The notes: generated by a model not told the origin, from the sequence alone. A DNA stretch of 64,000 nt from an uncultured Acidobacteriota bacterium (GCA_963836075.1 CAWIIB010000009.1:2560001-2624000); one strand, 5' to 3'; positions 29,105 to 40,366 are shown, counted from the stretch's first letter. A program made the numbers and translations.

Positions 29105-29126
29105 GGGCCAGGTGTGGTCCTTTTTT
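29105..29126 (+). terminator. Terminator-like hairpin within the leader
   Basis: GGGCCA-GGTG-TGGTCC followed by T6. Confidence 0.5.
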
Positions 29127-29240
29127 CGTTGCTTTTGAAGGCGGCCGGACTACCGTCCACGGGTCCGGGACGGCCGCCCCATGGGTGCCGGAGTTGTGGG
29201 GCTCGTTTTCCCCGACGCGGTGCGAGAAGGAGAGTTTTTC

Positions 29241-30551
29241 ATGGAACCGGTGAAAGTGCTGATTATGGGTGCCGCGGGCAGGGATTTCCACAATTTCAAC
29301 CTGCGCTACCGGGACAACGAGATGTATCGCGTGGTGGCCTTCACCGCCACCCAGATCCCGGACATCGACGGCCGGATGTATCCCCCGGAACTGGCCGGCT
29401 CGCTGTACCCCGACGGCATTCCGATCAAGGATGAGGCCGACCTGGAAGAACTCATTCACGACATGGCCGTGGACCTGGTGGTCTTCGCCTACAGCGATGT
29501 GCCCCACGAATACGTGATGCACAAGGCCTCCCTGGTGGTGGCCGCCGGCGCCGACTTTGCCGTTCTGGGTGCCGAGTCCACCATGGTCAAGGCCAAGGTC
29601 CCCGTGGTCTCCATCTGTGCCATCCGCACCGGCTGCGGCAAGAGCCAGACCACCCGCCGGGTGGCCCAGGTGCTGCAGGGCATGGGCAAGAAGGTGGTGG
29701 CCATCCGTCACCCCATGCCGTACGGCGACCTGGTGAAGCAGAAGGTCCAGCGCTTTGCCGAGCTGGCCGACCTGGACAAGCACGACTGCACCATCGAGGA
29801 GCGTGAGGAGTACGAGCCGCACATCATGAGCGGGGTCATCGTTTACGCCGGCGTGGATTACGCCGCCATTCTCGAGCAGGCCCAGGAAGAGGCCGACGTG
29901 GTCCTCTGGGACGGCGGCAACAACGACCTGCCCTTCTACAAGCCGGACCTGGAAATCGTGGTCACCGACCCCCACCGGGTGGGTCACGAGCTTTCCTATT
30001 TCCCCGGCGAATCGAACCTGCTCCGCGCCGACGTGGTGGTGATCAACAAGATCGACTCCGCCGACGCCGAAGACGTGGAAGAGCTGCGCGAAAATATCTA
30101 CGCCGCCAACCCCCGTGCGGTGGTGGTCGACGCCGCGTCCCCGCTCTTCGTGGAGGACGGCGACCAGATCCGCGGCAAGCGGGTGCTGGTAGTGGAGGAC
30201 GGGCCCACCCTGACCCATGGCGAAATGGCCTACGGCGCCGGCGTGGTGGCCGCCTCGAAGTATGGCGCCGCCGAGCTGGTGGACCCCCGGCCGTACACCG
30301 TGGGCACCATCACCGAAACGTTTGAAAAGTACCCCGACATCGGTTCGCTGCTGCCGGCCATGGGCTATGGTGACGCGCAGGTGAAGGACCTGGAGGAGAC
30401 GATCAACAAGACCGACTGCGACCTGGTGATCATCGCCACGCCCATCGACCTGCGGCGCCTGGTGAAGATCGACAAACCGTCGGTCCGTGTCTCCTACGAA
30501 CTGCAGGAAATCGGGCGGCCGACACTCGAAGACGTGCTGGCAAAGTTTTAG
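29241..30551 (+). CDS. arcE: Arginine synthetase ArcE-like (often annotated as cyclic 2,3-diphosphoglycerate synthase-like P-loop protein)
   Basis: MGAAGRDFHNFN, FTATQIP, RTGCGKSQT, RHPMPYG, CTIEEREEYE, WDGGNND, VEDGPTLTHG, LPAMGY; adjacent to carbamate kinase and OTCase. Confidence 0.8.
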   Translation: MEPVKVLIMGAAGRDFHNFNLRYRDNEMYRVVAFTATQIPDIDGRMYPPELAGSLYPDGIPIKDEADLEELIHDMAVDLVVFAYSDVPHEYVMHKASLVVAAGADFAVLGAESTMVKAKVPVVSICAIRTGCGKSQTTRRVAQVLQGMGKKVVAIRHPMPYGDLVKQKVQRFAELADLDKHDCTIEEREEYEPHIMSGVIVYAGVDYAAILEQAQEEADVVLWDGGNNDLPFYKPDLEIVVTDPHRVGHELSYFPGESNLLRADVVVINKIDSADAEDVEELRENIYAANPRAVVVDAASPLFVEDGDQIRGKRVLVVEDGPTLTHGEMAYGAGVVAASKYGAAELVDPRPYTVGTITETFEKYPDIGSLLPAMGYGDAQVKDLEETINKTDCDLVIIATPIDLRRLVKIDKPSVRVSYELQEIGRPTLEDVLAKF

Positions 30552-30618
30552 CCTGGCCGTTTTCAATGGCGGAACCCCGGCTCCGGCCGGGGGCGCCGGG
30601 GTATCCGGAGGGTTTCCC

Positions 30619-31569
30619 ATGAGCAGGAAGGTGGCGGTGATCGCCTTCGGCGGCAATGTGCTCATTGGCCCCGAAGACCACGGGACCATGCGGGAGCAGC
30701 TGGCCAACGCCGACAATTCCGCCCGGATGCTGCTGGAAGTTTTGCGGCGTGATTTCGAGATGGTGCTGGTCCACGGCAACGGGCCGCAGGTGGGCAACAA
30801 CCTGATCCGGGTGGAGGAGTCGAGCACCAAGATCCCGCCCAGCACCCTCGACATCTGCGTGGCCGAGACCGAGGGCAGCATGGGCTTCCTGATGGAACTG
30901 GCCCTGCACAACCGAATGCGGCGGGCGGGGATGGAAAAGGAGATGGTCACCCTGGTCACCGAGGTGGAGGTGAGCGCCGACGATTCGGCCTTCCAGAACC
31001 CCACCAAGCCCATCGGCCCCTTCTACACCAAGTTCCGGGCCCAGATGATGATGGAAGAACTGGGCTGGAAGCTGGTGGAGGATTCGGGGCGCGGCTATCG
31101 CCGGGTGGTCCCCTCGCCCAAGCCGGTGCGCATTTTGCAGGCCGAGGTGGCCCACCGGTTGCTGGACCAGGGTTTCGTGGTCAACGTGGCCGGCGGCGGC
31201 GGGATACCGGTGAGTTTTAACGGGGACGGCATGATGCGCGGCGAGGAGGCGGTGATCGACAAGGACTACTCGGCCAGCCTGATGGCCAGTTCCCTGCAGG
31301 CCGATCTCTTTGTCATCCTCACCGGCGTGTCGCGGGTCTGTGTCGATTTTGGCCGGCCGACCCAGCGGGCCCTGGACGTGATCACCATTGAGAGGGCCCA
31401 GCGGCTGCTGGACGAGGGGCAGTTTCCACCGGGCAGCATGGGGCCGAAAATAAGGGCCTCCATTGATTTTCTCAATGCCGGGGGCAAGGAAGTGATCATC
31501 ACCAGCCCCGACGTGTTCATTCCGGCGCTGGACGGCCGGTCGGGAACCCGGATCAGGAAGAATCATTGA
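30619..31569 (+). CDS. arcC: Carbamate kinase
   Basis: AFGGN, HGNGPQVG, NPTKPIGPFY, GYRRVVPSP, GGGGIPV, VIDKD, GSMGPK. Confidence 0.95.
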   Translation: MSRKVAVIAFGGNVLIGPEDHGTMREQLANADNSARMLLEVLRRDFEMVLVHGNGPQVGNNLIRVEESSTKIPPSTLDICVAETEGSMGFLMELALHNRMRRAGMEKEMVTLVTEVEVSADDSAFQNPTKPIGPFYTKFRAQMMMEELGWKLVEDSGRGYRRVVPSPKPVRILQAEVAHRLLDQGFVVNVAGGGGIPVSFNGDGMMRGEEAVIDKDYSASLMASSLQADLFVILTGVSRVCVDFGRPTQRALDVITIERAQRLLDEGQFPPGSMGPKIRASIDFLNAGGKEVIITSPDVFIPALDGRSGTRIRKNH

Positions 31570-31610
31570 CCCACGGGGTCTTCACAGTCTATGCGGAGTG
31601 AATCGAAACC

Positions 31611-32528
31611 ATGACCAACAAACACCTGCTCTCGATCAAGGACCTCTCCCGCGAGGAAATCGAAGAAATCTTCCAGACGTCGGAGAAGATCAAGGCCGAG
31701 CCGGACCGTTACCGCACGTCCCTCCAGGGCAAGACCCTGGGCATGATCTTTCAGAAATCGTCCACCCGGACCCGCGTCTCCTTCGAGGTGGGCATGTTCC
31801 AGCTGGGCGGGCACGCCCTCTACCTCGGCGCGAGCGACATGCAACTGGGCCGGGGCGAGACGGTGCCCGACACGGCGCGGGTCCTTTCGCGCTACGTGGA
31901 CGGGATCATGGCCCGGACCTTCGCCCACCAGGATGTTCTGGACCTGGCGGCATTCGGTACGGTGCCGGTGATCAACGGCCTCACCGACCTGCTGCACCCC
32001 TGCCAGGTGCTGGCCGATTTCTTCACCATTCGCGAGCAGTTCGGTGCCGCTGCCAAGGTGACCATGGCCTACATGGGCGACGGCAACAACATGGCCCACT
32101 CGCTGATGTTCATCGCCGCCAAGCTGGGGGCTGACATTCGCATCATCACTCCCCCGGATTACGAGCCGAATGAAGAGATCGTGGCCAGCGCCCGGGAAGA
32201 CGCGGCGGCCAGCGGCAGCGAGATCCTGGTCACCACCGATGCCGACCAGGGCCTTCCCGGGGCCAACGTGGTCTACACCGATGTCTGGGCCAGCATGGGA
32301 CAGGAAAAGGAATACAAGGAACGCAAGCGGATCTTTGCCGATTACCAGGTGAATCTGGCCGCCTTTGAAAAGGCCGCACCGCATGCGATTTTCATGCACT
32401 GCCTCCCGGCCCACCGCGGGGATGAAGTCACCGACGACGTGGCCGACCACCCCCGTTCGGTGATCTTTGACGAGGCGGAGAACCGGCTTCACGTGCAAAA
32501 GGCGGTGATGTTTCTGTTGATGGGGTGA
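31611..32528 (+). CDS. argF: Ornithine carbamoyltransferase (ArgF/ArcB)
   Basis: SSTRTR, HPCQ, GDGNNMAHS, DVWASMG, HCLP. Confidence 0.95.
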   Translation: MTNKHLLSIKDLSREEIEEIFQTSEKIKAEPDRYRTSLQGKTLGMIFQKSSTRTRVSFEVGMFQLGGHALYLGASDMQLGRGETVPDTARVLSRYVDGIMARTFAHQDVLDLAAFGTVPVINGLTDLLHPCQVLADFFTIREQFGAAAKVTMAYMGDGNNMAHSLMFIAAKLGADIRIITPPDYEPNEEIVASAREDAAASGSEILVTTDADQGLPGANVVYTDVWASMGQEKEYKERKRIFADYQVNLAAFEKAAPHAIFMHCLPAHRGDEVTDDVADHPRSVIFDEAENRLHVQKAVMFLLMG

Positions 32529-32549
32529 GCCGGCGGCCGAAAGGCGTGC

Positions 32550-32578
32550 TTGACAACTGTTTTGCGTTCGGGTAAATT
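32550..32578 (+). promoter_or_regulatory. sigma70 promoter of rplM-rpsI
   Basis: TTGACA-N17-TAAATT. Confidence 0.7.
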
Positions 32579-32623
32579 CACCACTTTCTTTGAATTGGAC
32601 AGAATGAGGGGAGTTTTTGGGCA

Positions 32624-33058
32624 ATGGCGAACACAACGATCATGCCCCGGAAAGAGGATATCCAGAGGAAGTTCTATCTGGTCGATGCTGAAGGCAAGGT
32701 GCTCGGGCGCCTGGCCACAGCGGTGGCGAACGTGCTCAGCGGCAAGAACAAGCCGCACTATGCACCGCACGTGGACACCGGGGATCATGTGATCGTCATC
32801 AACGCCGAGCACATCGTCCTCACCGGCCGGAAGCTGGATAACAAGCTCTACCGGCGGCACAGCGGGTACCCCGGCGGGCTGAAAGAAATCTCGGCCCGCA
32901 AGCTTCAGGAAAAGGCACCCGAGGAACTTATCCGCAAGGCCGTGTCCGGCATGCTGCCCAAGAGCAAGCTTGGCCGGTCCATGTTCAGCAAACTGTTGGT
33001 CTACAAAGGTTCGGAGCATCCGCACGCCTCGCAAAAACCCGAGTCGCTCGAGGTTTGA
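32624..33058 (+). CDS. rplM: 50S ribosomal protein L13
   Basis: [28 protein letters not shown]. Confidence 0.97.
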   Translation: MANTTIMPRKEDIQRKFYLVDAEGKVLGRLATAVANVLSGKNKPHYAPHVDTGDHVIVINAEHIVLTGRKLDNKLYRRHSGYPGGLKEISARKLQEKAPEELIRKAVSGMLPKSKLGRSMFSKLLVYKGSEHPHASQKPESLEV

Positions 33059-33152
33059 CAGCGTGTTGGCGGCGGACCGGCGATCCCGGGGGAGCCTCCC
33101 CTGAGCGGTGCCGGAAACCGGCGCTCCGAGGAATGGAAAGGACGGAAGAGAG

Positions 33153-33539
33153 TTGATTCAGTATTACGCTACCGGGAGAAGGAAGAGTTCCACCGCCCGC
33201 GTGTTCCTGCGGCCGGGCAAGGGGGTCATCGAGGTCAACAGTCGGACCATCGATGATTACTTCCCCAACGAGACTCTGAAGATGATTATCCGGCAACCCC
33301 TGCAGCTCACCGAGACCGTGGACAAGTTCGACATCGTGGCCACGGTGAAGGGCGGCGGCATGTCGGGTCAGGCCGGGGCCATCAAGCACGGGATCTCCCG
33401 CGCCCTGGTGGACTACAACCAGGAACTGCGCAAGCGGCTCAAGGAAGGCGGCTTCCTCACCCGTGACGCGAGAGTCAAGGAACGGAAGAAGTACGGGCAG
33501 AAAGGCGCCCGCGCCCGCTTCCAGTTCTCCAAACGGTAA
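33153..33539 (+). CDS. rpsI: 30S ribosomal protein S9 (probable TTG start)
   Basis: [28 protein letters not shown]. Confidence 0.96.
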   Translation: MIQYYATGRRKSSTARVFLRPGKGVIEVNSRTIDDYFPNETLKMIIRQPLQLTETVDKFDIVATVKGGGMSGQAGAIKHGISRALVDYNQELRKRLKEGGFLTRDARVKERKKYGQKGARARFQFSKR

Positions 33540-33792
33540 AGCGCAGCATTGTGCTGCCAGTCCTGTTACCGGCCCGCTCATCGGAACGGGCCGTCTCCTT
33601 CCGGACCGGCCCCGGCCTCCTGCCGGGAACGCCGCTGCCTGCGGGTAGCGGCACCCAGGTCCTCGCATCGCGATGCGGGGCACCGGGGCGGGTCAGCAAG
33701 ACGGCACGCCGAAAGGCGATCACCACTGCCGGCGGCGGGACATTGACACATCCTCCCGGGGTACCACGCCGCGGGCGGGAGAAGGAGGAAAA

Positions 33793-34857
<1,065 letters not shown>

Positions 34858-34905
34858 CTGCCCGGTGCGAGCGATTCGGCAGAACACATATGGAGTTGGA
34901 GACCA

Positions 34906-35559
34906 ATGGCCATATCAGCCAAGCTAGTCAAGGAACTGAGAGAGAAGACCGGCGTCGGGATCATGGAGTGCAAGGAAGCGCTCAACCAGTGCGACGGCGA
35001 CATGGATGAGGCGGTCAAGATTCTGCGGAAGAAGGGCCTCTCCGCCGCGTCGAAAAAAGCCGGGCGGATCACCGCCGAGGGCGCGGTGGGATCCTACATC
35101 CACGCCGGGGGCAAGATCGGCGTGCTGATCGAGGTGAACTGCGAAACCGACTTCGTCGGGCAGAACGACGAATTCCAGGCGCTGGTGAAAGACCTGGCGA
35201 TGCATGTGGCCGCCGCCGAACCCCGCTTTGTCAACCGGGACGAGGTGACCGAGGAGATCCTGCGCGAAGAGCGTGAGATTTACACCGAGCAGGCCCTGGC
35301 CTCCGGGAAGCCGGAAAAGGTGGTGGAGAAGATCGTCGAAGGCAAGATGAACAAGTTCTTCGAAGAGACCTGTCTGCTGGACCAGCCGTACGTCAAGGAA
35401 AACAGTGTGACCGTGGGCCAGATGATCTCCAGCCTGATCGCCAAGATCGGCGAGAACATCTCCGTGCGGCGGTTTGTCCGCTACAAGCTCGGTGAAGGCC
35501 TGGAGAAGCGCCAGGATAACCTGGCCGCCGAGGTGGAGGCCCAGCTGCAGGGCAAGTGA
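34906..35559 (+). CDS. tsf: Elongation factor Ts (short form)
   Basis: [18 protein letters not shown], 217 aa. Confidence 0.96.
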   Translation: MAISAKLVKELREKTGVGIMECKEALNQCDGDMDEAVKILRKKGLSAASKKAGRITAEGAVGSYIHAGGKIGVLIEVNCETDFVGQNDEFQALVKDLAMHVAAAEPRFVNRDEVTEEILREEREIYTEQALASGKPEKVVEKIVEGKMNKFFEETCLLDQPYVKENSVTVGQMISSLIAKIGENISVRRFVRYKLGEGLEKRQDNLAAEVEAQLQGK

Positions 35560-35615
35560 CCCCTGGGGGCGCCCCGGCACCGGCCGGGGGCGGCCCGCGG
35601 CGGAGGAGGAGCGTG

Positions 35616-36185
35616 ATGAGTGAAGAGATGCTGCGGGAGATTTTCTCCGACGTCAAACGCAAGATGACCGCCTCCATCGAGGCGCTGACCCGCGAGATGA
35701 GCACCATCAGGACCGGCCGCGCGTCGCTGTCCCTGCTCGACGGTATCTCCGTGGACTATTACGGCACAACCACCCCGCTCAACCAGGTGGCCACCCTTGC
35801 CGCGCCGGAGGGGAGCCTGATCACCATCCAGCCCTGGGACACTTCGGTGATCTCCGAGATCGAGAAGGTGATCCTGCGCTCCGATCTGGGCCTCACACCT
35901 TCCAGCGACGGGAAGATCATCCGGCTGCCCATCCCCCCGCTCACCGAGGAGCGCCGCAAACAGCTGGCGAAAAAGGTCAGCCGGATCGGTGAGGACGGCA
36001 AGACCGCCGTGCGCCAGGTCCGCCGCGAGGGCAACGATATGGTCAAGGACATGGAGAAGGCCAAGGACATCTCCCAGGACGACGAGCACCGGGCTTACAA
36101 GGAAATCCAGGACCTCACCGACGAATACACCAGGAAGATCGATGCACTGGTGAAGAAGAAGGAAGGTGAGATCCTCGAGATCTGA
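35616..36185 (+). CDS. frr: Ribosome recycling factor
   Basis: IRTGRAS, VDYYG, PPLTEERRK. Confidence 0.96.
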   Translation: MSEEMLREIFSDVKRKMTASIEALTREMSTIRTGRASLSLLDGISVDYYGTTTPLNQVATLAAPEGSLITIQPWDTSVISEIEKVILRSDLGLTPSSDGKIIRLPIPPLTEERRKQLAKKVSRIGEDGKTAVRQVRREGNDMVKDMEKAKDISQDDEHRAYKEIQDLTDEYTRKIDALVKKKEGEILEI

Positions 36186-36210
36186 ACCTCCGCCGGCTTT
36201 GATCCGTAAT

Positions 36211-36248
36211 CCCCCTCGCGGCCGGTCGGCTGCCAGGGGGTTTTCTTT
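36211..36248 (+). terminator. Possible terminator after frr
   Basis: CCCCCT...AGGGGG stem followed by TTTTCTTT. Confidence 0.45.
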
Positions 36249-36273
36249 CGGTTCCGCTCGCCAGAGGCAGACC

Positions 36274-37467
36274 ATGGAGCAGCAGGGGCAGTGCCGGGTG
36301 GCGGCGGTGGTGGTGGCCGCCGGAGCCGGCGTCCGGATGGGCGGCGGGGCCCGCAAACAGTACCGGCTGCTGGCCGGCCGGCCCGTGGTGCAGCGCAGCC
36401 TGGAGCTCCTGGCCGGTCACCGGCTGGTGGACCGGCTGGTGCTGGTGCTGCCGGCGAACGATCACGGAGCCTGGTCCGCGGAAGCCGAGGCAGCCGATGC
36501 GGGCCGCAAGCCCCTGGCCGTGGTTACCGGGGGTGCGACCAGGCAGGCCTCGGTGCTCCGTGGCCTGGAGGCGGCCGCCGCCTGGTCGCCGGAGCTGGTG
36601 CTGGTCCACGACGGGGTCCGGCCCCTGGCCTCTCCTGGGCTGGTGGACCGGGTGGTGGAGGGCGCCGCGAAATGGGGTGCGGTCTCCCCGGTGCTGGAGG
36701 TCCACGAGACGGTCAAAGCAGTGGACGACGAGGGGCGGCTGGTCAGGACGCTTGACCGGCTTCCCCTGCGGCTGCTCCAGACGCCGGAGGGGTTCTCCTT
36801 CCCGCTGATTCTCACCGCCGCCCGCCAGGCCCTGGCCGCCGGCTTCGAGGCCGACGACACCGCCTCGCTGGCCCGGCTGGCCGGGAACGAGGTGCGGATG
36901 GTGGCCGGGGAGCGGAGCAACATCAAGATCACCGGTCCCGAGGACCTGTCGTTGGCCGAGCGGTTGCTGGGCGGCGGGGCGGAGCGCTACCGGGTGGGCA
37001 CCGGCTACGATGCCCACCGGCTGGTTCCCGGCCGGCCCTTGATGCTGGGCGGGGTGGCGGTGCCACACAGCCACGGCCTCGAGGGGCACAGCGATGCGGA
37101 CGTGCTGCTCCACGCGCTGGCCGACGCGCTGCTGGGCGCGGCCGCGCTGGGCGACCTGGGGCGGCATTTTCCTGCCAGCGACCCCCGGCTGTGCGGAGCG
37201 GCCGGCAGCGACCTGCTCCAGCGGGTGGTGGAACTGCTGAGAGAGGCGGGCTGGTCGCCGGTGAACGCCGACACGGTGGTGGTGGCCCAGCGGCCCCGGC
37301 TGGCGCCGTTTCTCGACGAGATGCGTGAGGCTGTCGCCCGGGTGCTGGGAATCGACAGCGGAGCCGTTTCGGTCAAGGCCACCACAACCGAGGGTATGGG
37401 ATTCGAGGGGCGGGGCGAGGGGATCTCGGCCACCGCCACAATCCTCGTCCAGCGATGCGGAGAGTGA
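36274..37467 (+). CDS. ispDF: Bifunctional IspD/IspF
   Basis: AAGAGVRMG..KQY, HDGVRP, QTPEGF, NIKIT; then GYDAH, GHSDADV, SVKATT. Confidence 0.93.
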   Translation: MEQQGQCRVAAVVVAAGAGVRMGGGARKQYRLLAGRPVVQRSLELLAGHRLVDRLVLVLPANDHGAWSAEAEAADAGRKPLAVVTGGATRQASVLRGLEAAAAWSPELVLVHDGVRPLASPGLVDRVVEGAAKWGAVSPVLEVHETVKAVDDEGRLVRTLDRLPLRLLQTPEGFSFPLILTAARQALAAGFEADDTASLARLAGNEVRMVAGERSNIKITGPEDLSLAERLLGGGAERYRVGTGYDAHRLVPGRPLMLGGVAVPHSHGLEGHSDADVLLHALADALLGAAALGDLGRHFPASDPRLCGAAGSDLLQRVVELLREAGWSPVNADTVVVAQRPRLAPFLDEMREAVARVLGIDSGAVSVKATTTEGMGFEGRGEGISATATILVQRCGE

Positions 37468-37472
37468 ACAGG

Positions 37473-38996
37473 ATGAACGAGACCACCGGACCCCGAGTGA
37501 GATTTGCCCCCAGCCCCACCGGGATGCTCCATGTGGGCAACGCCCGCACCGCGCTGTTCAACTGGTTGTTGGCCCGGGCCGGCGGCGGGCGGCTGATCCT
37601 GCGGCTGGAGGACACCGACCTCCAGCGGTCCACCAGCCGGTCGGCCGGCGGGATCATCGAAGACCTCCGCTGGCTGGGCCTCGACTGGGACGAAGGCCCG
37701 GAGCAGGGCGGCGATTTCGGGCCCTACCGCCAGAGCGAGCGCCTGGACCTCTACCGGGCCGAGGCCCGGCGCCTGCTGGATGCCGGTCTGGCCTACCACT
37801 GCTTTTGCCGCCCCGATGATCTCCAGCGTGCGCGCCAGGCCGCCCGGGAGAAGGGGCAGCCCCAGCGCTATCCGGGGACCTGCCGCCAGATCGACCGCCA
37901 GGACGCCGAGGCGCGCATCGCTGCCGGAGAGCCGGCGGCTCTTCGATTCCGGATGCCCGACGCTTTTCTTACGGTGCGTGATCTTGTGCGCGGGGAGGTG
38001 CAGTTCGATTGTGGTGAATTTGGTGACCTGGTGATCCTCCGCGCCGACGGCACCGCGGCCTACAATTTCGCCGTGGTGGTGGACGATGCCGGGATGCGCA
38101 TCAGCCACGTGATCCGCGGTGAGGACCACCTGACCAACACCCCCAAGCAGATTCACCTCTTCCGGGCGCTGGGCTATGACCCGTTGCCCGAGTACGCGCA
38201 CCTGCCGATGATCCTCGGGCCGGACCGCTCGAGGCTGAGCAAGCGGCACGGGGTGACCTCGGTGAGCCAGTTTCGCGACGAAGGATACCTGCCCCGGGCG
38301 CTGGTCAACTACCTGGCACTGCTCGGCTGGTCGCCGGGATCCGGGGCGGAGGAGATCATGGACCCCGGGGAGCTGGTGCAGCGGTTCTCCCTGGAGCGGG
38401 TCAATAAATCGGCGGCGGTGTTCGACCCGCTGAAGCTCTCCTGGGTCAACGGCAAGCACTGGCGGGCCATGGATGCCGGCGGCCGGCTGGACGCGGCCCT
38501 GCCCTTCCTCCGCCGGACGGAGTGGTGCCCCGAGGTGCCGGGGGGGCGAGAGCTGGCCTGGCTTTCCCTGGCACTGGAGGCCCTGTCGCCGAAGGTGGAG
38601 CGACTGGACGCGCTGGCCGGGCTGTTCCGGGTCTTCTTCCATTTCGATCCCCGGGCGGCAGCAGCAGATCCCCAGGCCCTGGCCGCCCTGGAGGAGCCGG
38701 GGGTGCGCCAACTGCTGGAGGCGCTGCATGGCGAACTGCAGAGCGGCGGCGCCGCTGGTGAGGGCGGCATGGCCGCCCTGCTCAAGCGGGTGCAGAAGGG
38801 GACCGGTGTCAAGGGCCCCCGCTTTTACCACCCGTTGCGGGCGGCGCTCACCGGCTCGTTGTCGGGGATGGAGTTGGACGGCCTGATTCCCCTGCTGGAG
38901 CAGGGCAAGGGCCTGGACGGCTTCCAGGCGCGGATTATCGGGGTGGGGGAGCGCATCGGGATGGTGCTGGACTCGGGGCTGCTGCCCGGTTCCTGA
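37473..38996 (+). CDS. gltX: Glutamyl-tRNA synthetase
   Basis: RFAPSPTG.LHVGN, GPYRQSER, IRGEDH, LSKRHG, anticodon domain PLRAALTG. Confidence 0.92.
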   Translation: MNETTGPRVRFAPSPTGMLHVGNARTALFNWLLARAGGGRLILRLEDTDLQRSTSRSAGGIIEDLRWLGLDWDEGPEQGGDFGPYRQSERLDLYRAEARRLLDAGLAYHCFCRPDDLQRARQAAREKGQPQRYPGTCRQIDRQDAEARIAAGEPAALRFRMPDAFLTVRDLVRGEVQFDCGEFGDLVILRADGTAAYNFAVVVDDAGMRISHVIRGEDHLTNTPKQIHLFRALGYDPLPEYAHLPMILGPDRSRLSKRHGVTSVSQFRDEGYLPRALVNYLALLGWSPGSGAEEIMDPGELVQRFSLERVNKSAAVFDPLKLSWVNGKHWRAMDAGGRLDAALPFLRRTEWCPEVPGGRELAWLSLALEALSPKVERLDALAGLFRVFFHFDPRAAAADPQALAALEEPGVRQLLEALHGELQSGGAAGEGGMAALLKRVQKGTGVKGPRFYHPLRAALTGSLSGMELDGLIPLLEQGKGLDGFQARIIGVGERIGMVLDSGLLPGS

Positions 38997-39018
38997 TCCG
39001 GGGAGCGGAGAGCAAAGG

Positions 39019-39790
39019 ATGGATCTGGTCTGTGGTCCCAACGCGGTGTTCGAGGCCCTGCGCGGCGAGCGGCCGGTGGTGCGCCTGCTGGTGGCGCGGG
39101 AGACCGGGCCCGGGGCGGGCAAGACGGCCCGGGTTCTGGAGGAGGCCCGCCGGCAGGGGATACCGGTACGGCGGGTCACCCGGCAGGAGCTGGACCGGCT
39201 GGCCACCGCCCGGCACCAGGGGCTGGTGGCCGTGGTGGGGGCGTTTCGCCCCGGCCGGGACCCGGAGGAAGCTCTCGACGCCATGGCCGGCGTCCCGCTG
39301 GTGGTGGTGCTGGACGGCATCGAGGACCCGCGGAACCTGGGGGCGGTGATCAGGAGCTGCGAGTGTGCCGGGGTGGGGGCGGTGTTCGTGCCGCGGAGGC
39401 GCAGCGCCCCGTTCTCCGAAGTGGCGGTGACGTGCCGCCGCCGGTGCCCTGGAACACCTGCCGGTGGTGGAGGTTCCCAACATCCCCGCACTGCTGCGGC
39501 TGCTGGGCAGGCGGGGGATCTGGTCGGTGGGGCTTGATGGGTCGGCCCCCGGCGGCCTGGGGAGTTTTGATTTTTGCCAGCCGACGGCCCTGGTGCTGGG
39601 CGCTGAAGGCAAGGGGCTGTCCCGGCTGGTCCGGGAACGCTGCGACAGCCTGGTCTCCATCCCGGTGTTTGGCGCCCTCGATTCGCTGAATGTCTCGGTG
39701 GCTGCGGGGGTGGCCCTCTATCATGCTGTCTTTCAGCGACTTGAGCGCGGACCTGAGGGGGATGGCCGGGGAAAGAGCGGAGACAGGTGA
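39019..39790 (+). CDS. rlmB: 23S rRNA 2'-O-methyltransferase RlmB (TrmH family; apparent +1 frameshift near 39433)
   Basis: HQGLVA, LDGIEDPRNLGA; shifted frame AGALEHLP, GAEGKG, SLNVSVA. Confidence 0.85.
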
Positions 39791-39817
39791 AAAATCTCCC
39801 TCTTGGAGGATTTTTGC

Positions 39818-39846
39818 TTGCCAACAGGGGTGACTTATGGTATTTT
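39818..39846 (+). promoter_or_regulatory. Candidate promoter of the tRNA-tuf operon
   Basis: TTGCCA-N17-TATTTT with TG extension, 13 nt before tRNA-Thr. Confidence 0.5.
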
Positions 39847-39859
39847 CCCCGTTTCGTGG

Positions 39860-39935
39860 GCTGGCGTAGCTCAATTGGTAGAGCAGCTGATTTGTAATCA
39901 GCAGGTCGGGGGTTCAATTCCTCTCGCCAGCTCCA
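39860..39935 (+). tRNA. tRNA-Thr(TGT)
   Basis: Cloverleaf GCTGGCG/CGCCAGC, anticodon TGT, encoded CCA. Confidence 0.95.
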
Positions 39936-40098
39936 TCAATTGTTTGTAAAAGAAGGAGTTGCATGTCGGGCCCGGCACGGCGCGGCAGCAGCTCGCGGAT
40001 ACGGCAGCCGGTGACGAAAGTGTGCCTGCTCCGGAGACTCGGCCACCGGAAGCGATTTCGGCGGAAACCGGGGGGGGCGGGTCTGACTTTTTTAGTGT

Positions 40099-40183
40099 GG
40101 GGAGATTCCCGAGCGGTCAAAGGGAACAGACTGTAAATCTGTCGGCGAAGCCTTCGGAGGTTCGAATCCTCCTCTCCCCACCA
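40099..40183 (+). tRNA. tRNA-Tyr(GTA)
   Basis: GGGGAGA/TCTCCCC, anticodon GTA, long variable arm, CCA. Confidence 0.95.
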
Positions 40184-40244
40184 GTTTTATTGCCAGCAAT
40201 GGTGAGCGGGTGCCGGCCTCGTTGAGACCGGTCACCGCAAAGGG

Positions 40245-40320
40245 GCGGGAATAGCTCAGTTGGTAGAGCATCAGCCTTCCAAGCTGAGGGTCGCGGGTTC
40301 GAGCCCCGTTTCCCGCTCCA
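40245..40320 (+). tRNA. tRNA-Gly(TCC)
   Basis: GCGGGAA/TTCCCGC, anticodon TCC, CCA. Confidence 0.95.
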
Positions 40321-40366
40321 GAGCCCGATGCGTTCAGGTGCCGTTCGTCCGGGAGATTGGTTTCAA

